A stretch of DNA of 64,000 nucleotides from Candidatus Krumholzibacteriota bacterium. GTDB taxonomy: Bacteria > Krumholzibacteriota > Krumholzibacteriia > JAJRXK01. The stretch's first letter is position 1. Every line of letters starts with the position of its first letter. The stretch lies in assembly GCA_963806035.1 (NCBI GenBank), contig CAWDWO010000007.1:1-64000 (forward strand), given 5' to 3'. The notes under the pieces were generated by a model. The model did not search any database. It saw nothing but the letters and a program-made list of their open reading frames with translations, and was not told the DNA's origin. Both the position numbers and the translations under genes were made by a program. Of the stretch, positions 56,964-64,000 are shown one piece after another.

Positions 56964-59486
56964 TTAGTTAGGTATTTTTCCCGTTCCGGTGTCCACGGGC
57001 TCCATTCCCGGCTCCTGCGACACTGGCGGCTGCTCTTCATCCGTGTGCAAGCTTTGGTCCAAGCCATCGCCGTGATCGGTCTGATTCTCCAAAGGGGCCC
57101 CCTTCTGGGGATTCAGCCCGCGGCGCCGCAGATAGAGGCGCCGTTTGGACTCGTTGCTGAGGTCCAGGCGCACCAGCTCGTCGTAGACGATCTTGGCATT
57201 GGCCTCGTGACCCAGCTCGCAGAGGTGATCGGCCAGGCGTTTGGCACCCAGGCCTGGATCCTTTCGCACCAGCTCCAGAATCGCCTCGCGCCCTTCGACG
57301 GTGAGGCGCCGCATTCCGGACTGCGAGGCCCGGCCCGCGAGGGCCTCCTCTCCCCCGCGTTCTCTCATCCGTCGCCAGCGGTAGAAGGTGGAAACGGAGG
57401 TGCCGTAGCTCTGGCAGGCCTCCTCGATGCTCATCCCCTCGAGTTCCACCATGTCCAGCAAGCGCTGCCGGCGCTCGATCTCCAGCGAGGCCGGCCGCAA
57501 CTTCTCCTTCACCGCCACCACCGTGATGTCGTCGTTTTGCGCGTTGCCTCCGGTGAAGGCCGCGATGTCCTCGTTGAACGCGGCGATGAATTCCTCCGCC
57601 GTCCGTCCCGCATTCTTGCGCACACACTCGATGAGGCGCTGCTCGCCGTACTGCTCACGTGCCGCATTCATCGCTTCGGTCACGCCATCGGTGTAGATGA
57701 GAAGCAGATCGTCCTGTTGCAGCTGGACCTTCTCCACTTCGATCGTCTTGGAGAACAGCTCCGGATCAGGCAGCGAAATCCCCACCGGGAACCCGGCTGG
57801 ATTCAAGAAGAAGACCTCATCGGTTTCGATGCGATACAAGAGCATCGGATTGTGACCGGCCGAGGAGTAGCTGATCACGCGATTGCGCGAATCGAGGATG
57901 ATGTAGAACAGGGTGATGAACATCCCGCGGCGCATGTCCTCGGTAATGAAAGTGTTGACGCGGCTCATCACGTCGCTGGCCGAGTGATTTCCCCTCGCCT
58001 CCATGCGCATGGCGGTGCGGATCATCGTCATCACCAGACTGCCCGGGATTCCCTTGCCCGAGACGTCCGCGACCACGATTCCCACCGTGTCCTCGTCCAC
58101 CGCGAAGAAGTCGTAATAGTCGCCGCCGACCTCCGCTGCCGCGCGGTACATCGCTGCGATCTCGTAACCGGAGAGATCCGGCATCGCGGTCGGCAACAGG
58201 GTGTGTTGAATCTCCCGCGCGAGCTGCATTTCCTTCTGGAGTCGTTCCTGCTCGACCAAATGCGATTGTGCGTGACGGAACTTGGATGCAATTTCGTTGA
58301 ACGCGGCCGCGATCGTGGAAATCTCCTCGGGACCGTGCACCTCGATGTCCTCCTCGAGCACGCCGTCCCCGATGGCCAGCACGCCCTCGGTGAGCTGCTG
58401 GATGGGGCGTACGAAGAGATTTACCATCACGAGTATGAGCAGAATTCCCACCACCAGGATGATCAGCCCGATTCCCATGGCGTGCAAAAGCGCCGCGCGA
58501 TAGTGCTGCTCCAGGTCCGAGGTCTTCAGTCCCAGCACCACTCGACCCAATTCGACCCTCTTCCCGGATGGCCCTTCGATGTCCACCGGATAATTCAGCT
58601 GCAACACTCGTCCCGAGTCGAATTGGATGCGCGTCCATTCTCCCGCGTTCTTTCCATGATCGATGAGCCGGCCTGGCTCGGGATGCCAAGAATTGAAGAG
58701 ATTGTCCAGGACGCTGTCGGCCCAAATGCTGCCGTCTTTCCCGTGCACTACTCGAGCGAAGGCGATGGTGGAATCGTGACGCGCAAGTTCGCTGACGCCC
58801 TGTTGCAGAAGCGTCCGTTCCACCGAATAGGGATCGCTGCTCGCGAGCACGCTCCTGGACTGCACCGCCAGATCACGCGCGAGCGCCTCAATCCGACTGA
58901 GGTCTTGATCGAAGATGGCCTGCCGCTGTCGAAAGTGCACGACCGAGAGGGCGAGGATCACCAGGAGTGCCAGCCCGAAGGAGGCGCGCAGGGTGAAGCG
59001 CATTCTCAAACTGCGGTGCAGAGCGGAGAACTGAATACCTGGAATCCAGCGATCGATGGACGGACGCCGATCCATGCACATCCGGAGTTCGTTGCTTCCG
59101 TCGACGGTCGTGTAGTCCACCTCGTCCATGATCCGATTGATGAGGTAGATTCCGAGCCCGCCGCGCTTCCCGATCGCCACGTAGTGGTCCAGGTCCGGGA
59201 CTGCAACCGAGCCAAAGTCGAAGGACTCACCGGTATCCTTCAGGATGATCTCCACCTGACCGGCGAAGTACCTTACCCGGATGGTGATCTCGCCACCCTG
59301 ATTGTGATAGGAATGCTGGATGATGTTCGTACAGGCTTCGTCCACCGCGAGCTTGAAATTGGCGGTGTCCGCCGGATCGAATCCGGCCTGCATGCAGATG
59401 CGTGCCACGAAATCGCGTACCTGAGCCAGGTGGCTCTCGCGGGCCTCGATGACGAGCTCCGCCCTCTTGATCCGGCCGCCGATCAC
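56964..59486 (-). CDS. RsbW-like kinase - TM - periplasmic sensor - TM - HAMP - PP2C/SpoIIE phosphatase - IS481-like HTH fusion (840 aa)
   Basis: LAVDEACTNII.H, D.G, GGLGIYLI..IMDEV; two TMs; HAMP; GGDYYD, ADVSGKG, SAGH, YTDGVTEA, DDIT; C-terminal HTH; GTGA overlap start. Confidence 0.9.
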   Translation of the reverse strand: MIGGRIKRAELVIEARESHLAQVRDFVARICMQAGFDPADTANFKLAVDEACTNIIQHSYHNQGGEITIRVRYFAGQVEIILKDTGESFDFGSVAVPDLDHYVAIGKRGGLGIYLINRIMDEVDYTTVDGSNELRMCMDRRPSIDRWIPGIQFSALHRSLRMRFTLRASFGLALLVILALSVVHFRQRQAIFDQDLSRIEALARDLAVQSRSVLASSDPYSVERTLLQQGVSELARHDSTIAFARVVHGKDGSIWADSVLDNLFNSWHPEPGRLIDHGKNAGEWTRIQFDSGRVLQLNYPVDIEGPSGKRVELGRVVLGLKTSDLEQHYRAALLHAMGIGLIILVVGILLILVMVNLFVRPIQQLTEGVLAIGDGVLEEDIEVHGPEEISTIAAAFNEIASKFRHAQSHLVEQERLQKEMQLAREIQHTLLPTAMPDLSGYEIAAMYRAAAEVGGDYYDFFAVDEDTVGIVVADVSGKGIPGSLVMTMIRTAMRMEARGNHSASDVMSRVNTFITEDMRRGMFITLFYIILDSRNRVISYSSAGHNPMLLYRIETDEVFFLNPAGFPVGISLPDPELFSKTIEVEKVQLQQDDLLLIYTDGVTEAMNAAREQYGEQRLIECVRKNAGRTAEEFIAAFNEDIAAFTGGNAQNDDITVVAVKEKLRPASLEIERRQRLLDMVELEGMSIEEACQSYGTSVSTFYRWRRMRERGGEEALAGRASQSGMRRLTVEGREAILELVRKDPGLGAKRLADHLCELGHEANAKIVYDELVRLDLSNESKRRLYLRRRGLNPQKGAPLENQTDHGDGLDQSLHTDEEQPPVSQEPGMEPVDTGTGKIPN

Positions 59487-61498
59487 TTGGGTCCGTCCTT
59501 CTCGCCGGCGCCCTGCTCGAGGCGGTCGATCCGTGCCTTGGCCTCTGCAATGTTGTTCTGAGCGCCCTGGTTTCCGGGATCGATCTTCAAAATCTGCTCC
59601 CACTGTCGAATCGCTTCTTCGTAGTTGCCATCGGTGAAGGAACGGAGGCCCGCCAGGTAGTACTGGCGCACCTGCTTCTCCTCGCTCGGGCTGAGGCTGG
59701 CCGGTCCCGACCTGCGGTGGGCGATCTGGTCGAGAAGCGCCAAGGCTTGCGCATGCTTGGGCTCCCGCTTCAAAACCTCGCGGCAAAGCGCTTCAGCCTG
59801 GTCCAGCTCGCCTTTCGAGAACGCCTCGAGCGCTTCGGTGAAGCGGCGCTCCTGTGCCAGCTCCCCGCGGGCGCGTTCGGCGTCGGCCTGCGCTTGCTCG
59901 CTCTCATGGCGAGCGGCATCCAACTCCGCCTTCCAGCGCTTCAGGGCCGCGGCGGGAGCAGGATTATCCGGGTCGAGAGAGGCTACGACGCTCCAGGCAT
60001 TCAATGCGGATTCCCAGTCGCCTGCCTCCTCCGCCGCGGTGGCTCGTGAGGATGCGCTTGCCATCGCGCTGGCCTCGAGGTCCTCCACCTGCTGACGGAG
60101 ACGCGGCAGCATGGGATAGTCCGCAGCGAGATCGCCCAGAGCGTTCAATTCCGCTCGCGCTTTCAGCGCATCGTGTTGGTCCAGCGCGGCCCGGAGTTGA
60201 TTTTCGGTGTCTTCGATCCGGAGCGTGCGCCGCTGCTCGTCGGCCTTTTGCTGCGTGACGCGCTTTTCCAGCTGCTGCAGGCTTGCCAGCTGGGTCCTCA
60301 GAGAATCATCGGCCACACCAAGACTGCGGGCCCGCGCCAGGCTCTTCTGCGCGTCCTGGAGCGAATCCCGGCTGAGCGCATCCTGGAAATCCTGCACCGC
60401 ACTCGTGATTTGGGCCTTGCGCCAGTTCTCCACGGCTTCCATGCGCGCCTGCATCAACTCTTTGGCCCGCAGTTCGTCGCGGTGACGGCGCCGATCCTTC
60501 ATGTCCTGGCCGAAGTACCAGGAGAGGCTCAAGAACTGGGATGATCCCAATTCTCCGCCCGAACGAAACGCATAGTCCACGGAGTAGTCCCGCCAGCGTC
60601 CACCCAGACCGGCGTTGAAATGGCCATCGTCGTAGCTGAGACGCAGGGTGTAGAGTCCTTGGTACTCGGCTTCCGCGCCCAGTCCGAGACGCTTGGCGGC
60701 GTACTGTGGTTTGTCGTAGACCGCGGCCAACTGGAGAGCCGTGTTCTCGCTGAATTCATGCCGTTTGCTCAGGGCAAAGCGCTGCGCATAGGGCAGCGTG
60801 TCTTCGCGCTCGATGAGCCTGAAGCTCGGTGCGATCAGATTCTGGTATACAAAGGAGAGCCGGACTCCCCCGAGACGCGGAGGGACCCAGGCCAGGCCCA
60901 AGTCCATGCCACCGCTGGTGCTCTTCTCTTCCAGATCCAGGCTGTGGATCTTGGCGCTCGTGCCCAAATCGAGCCTGCCGCCGAGGTACGGCAGCCTTCC
61001 CCCATATCCGTAACTCAAGAAAAGCTGTGTCTCTCCGTAGCTGATGCTTCCGGTGGGTCGGCTGGTACTGTCGTAGGTTTCGATGTCCCCCAGTTTGAGC
61101 CGCAGGAAGCCGATGCCGAAGCCTCCGGCGTTCAGAGTAGGATAGGCGAGTCCCAAGTAGCCGTAGGAGGCTCCGCCATCGAGACCGTAAAGACGGTTGT
61201 AGCTGAAGGTGAGCTGTGATCCTCGAGCATGGGGCAAGAGTGCCGGGTTCCAGAAGCAGGCGCTGGCATCATCGGCCAGGCCCACCATCGTCGATCCCAA
61301 ACCCACTCCGCGCGCGGTAGGACCGAGCTTGAAAATAGACTCGGTGCCTCCACCGTCGTCCGCGGCTCGGGCCAATCCCGCAGGGAAGAAGCACATGAGC
61401 AGAAGCAGCAGAAGGGCAGAAGCCGCGGCTCCGCGCGCGTTCTCACAGCGCGAAGTGTGCCTCGAGGTGGGCACGAAGTTCGGATAGCCGCGCCTCAT
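59483..61498 (-). CDS. PorV/PorQ-family outer-membrane protein with C-terminal coiled-coil/TPR extension
   Basis: Signal peptide; GPTARGVGLG..LADDASACFWNPA; barrel ending DYAF..G..QFLSLSWYFG; TPR tail EAIRQWEQILKIDPGN. Confidence 0.85.
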   Translation of the reverse strand: MRRGYPNFVPTSRHTSRCENARGAAASALLLLLLMCFFPAGLARAADDGGGTESIFKLGPTARGVGLGSTMVGLADDASACFWNPALLPHARGSQLTFSYNRLYGLDGGASYGYLGLAYPTLNAGGFGIGFLRLKLGDIETYDSTSRPTGSISYGETQLFLSYGYGGRLPYLGGRLDLGTSAKIHSLDLEEKSTSGGMDLGLAWVPPRLGGVRLSFVYQNLIAPSFRLIEREDTLPYAQRFALSKRHEFSENTALQLAAVYDKPQYAAKRLGLGAEAEYQGLYTLRLSYDDGHFNAGLGGRWRDYSVDYAFRSGGELGSSQFLSLSWYFGQDMKDRRRHRDELRAKELMQARMEAVENWRKAQITSAVQDFQDALSRDSLQDAQKSLARARSLGVADDSLRTQLASLQQLEKRVTQQKADEQRRTLRIEDTENQLRAALDQHDALKARAELNALGDLAADYPMLPRLRQQVEDLEASAMASASSRATAAEEAGDWESALNAWSVVASLDPDNPAPAAALKRWKAELDAARHESEQAQADAERARGELAQERRFTEALEAFSKGELDQAEALCREVLKREPKHAQALALLDQIAHRRSGPASLSPSEEKQVRQYYLAGLRSFTDGNYEEAIRQWEQILKIDPGNQGAQNNIAEAKARIDRLEQGAGEKDGPK

Positions 61499-63999
61499 CG
61501 TGTCACCGCGATTCTGAAGTAGATCTCCCCGCCGGCCGCACGCACACGACAGATGTAGACCCCGTTCCGCACCTCTTGACCGAGACCGTTGCGCCCGTCC
61601 CACAGCACATCACCGTCATGAATTCCAGGCTCCGCTTGCGAACTCCCGGCGGCAAAGCTCCACTGGCGAACTCGCTTTCCCAAAAGATCGAAAATCTCGA
61701 TCTCGACCGGACCGCTCTGAGGGAGTGAATACGAGAGAGTGGCGGGCTCTCGACTCGGAACGAAGGGATTGGGATAGCTGTGAGCATCGAACTCGGAAGA
61801 CGCCTTCGCCGTGACACTCGGACCGGCCAGGATGAGCGAGTGGCCGCCCCCCTCTTCGTCGAGTAAGGCATAGCTGAGCGCAAATCCCCCGGAGTCCAGG
61901 ATGGAAGCGCTGCCGCCGTCCAACGCAAAACGGAAGGAGACATAGTCCGCATCGGCCTTGGCCTGCACCCCGACGCGGAACGCGGCCGAGCTGTCCGAAT
62001 CGATGACGAGGTCCACGGGAACGATCACGGGATTACCATTGACCGCCGCGCTCCAGTTCTGAGTGCCGTCGGTACGCCGCACCTGAATCGTCTGCAAGAA
62101 GCTCGACGGATTGGCGAAGGGCTGTCCCGCGTCGTCGACCAGGTTCAGCGCGAGCTGGGTGAAGTGCACCGCTTCGGGGTGACCGTTGCTGATGTGAACG
62201 GCAAAGCGCTCGTAGATGCGGTCGCTACCGATCAGCGGGCCGGTGTCGCTCAAGTCGCTGATTTCAAGCCGCAGTGGATCGGCCAGAATCGATAGCGCGA
62301 CCGAACTCTCGGCCGTCGCTTCGCCGGCCGGCAATCCGCTGTTCTCGTCTAGGGGGATCTGCTCGGCGGTCAGAGTGATCTTCTGTACGCCCAGGTCCAA
62401 GCTGGTCGGACCCTGTAATCTCCACACGACCTCGTCGCTCGGATCGACGAGATCGACGCTGGCCGTCTTGCCATCGAGAATGCTGAAGCCGGAGGGAACC
62501 GAAAGGTGCAGCCGTGCTGGCGGTAGGGTTTGCGCACTGCCACTGAGTACAAAATTTCCATGAAGTTCGACGACCGCTCCCGGCGGCAGTTCTCCCCGAT
62601 CGCGGGCACTGTTGGGCTCCAGAATCGTCAGTCGAGGAACGGCATGGGCGGCTTCCACGACCTGAAGATTCACGCTCGCGCAGGTATCCGCCAACACGCT
62701 GCTGCTCTGCACGTCAGTGGCGTGTGCCACCGTGCGCAGCAGCAGGCCTGCCGCCGGGGTATTCGGGCAGAGAACCTGCCAGTTCACCGTGGTCTGTCCA
62801 TCCGTCAGCATCTGACGGGCATTCCCTCCCACCAGCGCCAACTGCGGCGGCAAGAGCAGCTCGAGAGATCGCTGTTGCAAATTCGCTGGCCCGTCCACTT
62901 CTCCCTGCAGGGTGAAGGTCTGTCCCGTACTCAGAACGGTATCCTGAGCGCCCTGGGGCGAAATGATGCTCAAGCTGCAAGTATCGAAGGCGGTCCCGCC
63001 GAAAACCTCGAGCTGCAAAGTGCGGCTGGAGGCGCTGGTGAGCGGCCGCGCATCGGGATCGTTGGCGTCCAGGTCCACGCGCGAGAGCGCCGCCACCAGG
63101 TCGACGGTCTGTACCGTCGAAGGGGCCACGAGTCGAATCGTCGCTTCGGGATTGGAAGGATCGAGCTGAACCGGAAGAGTGCTTTGGGAGTCCAGAGTGA
63201 AACCCTGCAGACTGTTGAAATCGACCTCCACCGGCAACCAGGACCCGGATTGCTGTACGGAAGCATCCTGATCCACCGCGAAACGCACGGAAAAAATCTG
63301 GCCTGGCGATACGGACATGGCGAGCGGATCGACGCTGTCCACGAGTTCTGCGCGGAAGCTGAGGGAGACTGGCCGCTGAACCTGAAGATTCGCCAGATCG
63401 TCCAGCGGACTCTGGGGCACGATTTCCTGCTGAGTAGTGGAGGACAATGCGCGCACGATCAAAGCCCGCAAGGACTCCGGTCCTGGAGTGGTCGTGATGC
63501 TCGTGTCGAAGTACAGGGTATCGATCTCGCTCGACTCCAGGCGCGGAACCGAAATGTCCGCCGCGCTCGAAGCGGGCGTCGCGCTTCCAGCCAAACGCAC
63601 GGTGAGCGAATCGATGGCCTCGCCGGCGTTGTTGCCCACGACGACCCTCACCCCGATGTGCTGGCGGGTGTTGACTTGACTGAGAGGGGCACTCGGGTTC
63701 AGGGCAGTGGTCGAAAGAATGCGCAATCCGGCCGGATCGAAGAGGGTGAGCGTACCGTTCGGCAGAGGCAGATCCGAGTCGAAGGGCAAACCGTTCTGTG
63801 TGCCTCGCACCCGCAGGTAACCCTGCGGGGTGCCCAAAATTAGATCCGAGGGCAAGGCCAGAGGGGAGAAGGCGAGCTGGGTGGTGCCCGTGGGCACGCT
63901 CGCCGGCGAAAGCGGATCGAGCACCGCCCCGATGCGCGCGCCCTGAGGCTCGCCGAAGTCAAGACGTGTCGTGAGGGGATCGAGTACGAGCTGTGCCTC
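61495..63999 (-). CDS. Large Ig-like repeat secreted protein with FlgD-Ig/T9SS-type C-terminal domain (5'-truncated by window edge)
   Basis: Frame open to the window end; C-terminus YPNPF..LSYSL..V.IEIFDLLGKRVR..WDGRN..G..V.NGVYICRV. Confidence 0.85.
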   Translation of the reverse strand, partial: EAQLVLDPLTTRLDFGEPQGARIGAVLDPLSPASVPTGTTQLAFSPLALPSDLILGTPQGYLRVRGTQNGLPFDSDLPLPNGTLTLFDPAGLRILSTTALNPSAPLSQVNTRQHIGVRVVVGNNAGEAIDSLTVRLAGSATPASSAADISVPRLESSEIDTLYFDTSITTTPGPESLRALIVRALSSTTQQEIVPQSPLDDLANLQVQRPVSLSFRAELVDSVDPLAMSVSPGQIFSVRFAVDQDASVQQSGSWLPVEVDFNSLQGFTLDSQSTLPVQLDPSNPEATIRLVAPSTVQTVDLVAALSRVDLDANDPDARPLTSASSRTLQLEVFGGTAFDTCSLSIISPQGAQDTVLSTGQTFTLQGEVDGPANLQQRSLELLLPPQLALVGGNARQMLTDGQTTVNWQVLCPNTPAAGLLLRTVAHATDVQSSSVLADTCASVNLQVVEAAHAVPRLTILEPNSARDRGELPPGAVVELHGNFVLSGSAQTLPPARLHLSVPSGFSILDGKTASVDLVDPSDEVVWRLQGPTSLDLGVQKITLTAEQIPLDENSGLPAGEATAESSVALSILADPLRLEISDLSDTGPLIGSDRIYERFAVHISNGHPEAVHFTQLALNLVDDAGQPFANPSSFLQTIQVRRTDGTQNWSAAVNGNPVIVPVDLVIDSDSSAAFRVGVQAKADADYVSFRFALDGGSASILDSGGFALSYALLDEEGGGHSLILAGPSVTAKASSEFDAHSYPNPFVPSREPATLSYSLPQSGPVEIEIFDLLGKRVRQWSFAAGSSQAEPGIHDGDVLWDGRNGLGQEVRNGVYICRVRAAGGEIYFRIAVTR

Positions 64000-64000
64000 T

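Noticed and set aside
57130..57480. Insertion sequence (IS481/IS3-like HTH)
   Set aside because: In-frame within the phosphatase gene; no DDE domain, terminal inverted repeats or target duplication seen
57045..59561. 838-aa + strand ORF (likewise 24196-25662, 25232-27013, 34287-35978)
   Set aside because: Exactly antisense to well-supported genes; no SD or domain evidence
1..64000. CRISPR arrays, tRNA/rRNA genes, prophage or defence islands
   Set aside because: No regularly spaced repeats, tRNA/rRNA signatures, integrases or obvious compositional shifts seen by eye

Overview
A 64-kb, high-GC, gene-dense core-chromosome window from a diderm bacterium. The gene set suggests an FCB-superphylum-related lineage outside Bacteroidota (inference). 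In order, it holds: a truncated SprA-like type IX secretion (T9SS) translocon; lptF-lptG; metK; a long minus-strand run (kdsB-pyrG-kdsA-kdsC-kdsD-lipid A acyltransferase-lptC-lptB-rpoN-hpf-hprK-mannose-class PTS IIA/B/C/D-HPr-EI-PGI/PMI-sugar nucleotidyltransferase); rplU-rpmA; trxB; an SDR/2xPTPS/folE pterin cluster; purine genes; lnt; argS; rsfS; ispB-like; tatC; nrdR; glyA; and a right-end block of T9SS-type cargo, PorV-like barrels and a partner-switching module. No tRNA, rRNA, CRISPR array or intact mobile element was seen. Three signals stand out. (1) An 11-codon micropeptide gene missed by the ORF track (MFWVLGSKVKW, 36416-36451, minus, strong SD) lies inside a ~186-nt rod-like inverted-repeat RNA, between a conserved-looking hypothetical gene and a membrane HD-GYP phosphodiesterase: a candidate peptide/RNA-controlled cyclic-dinucleotide signalling module. 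(2) A sigma54 promoter-driven ~135-nt hairpin sRNA with a C-rich loop (30544-30680). (3) A single membrane protein fusing an RsbW-like kinase, HAMP, a PP2C/SpoIIE phosphatase and an IS481-like HTH, co-transcribed with a STAS protein, a PorV-TPR fusion and a large T9SS-type cargo. All calls come from reading motifs by eye; no searches or folding programs were run.
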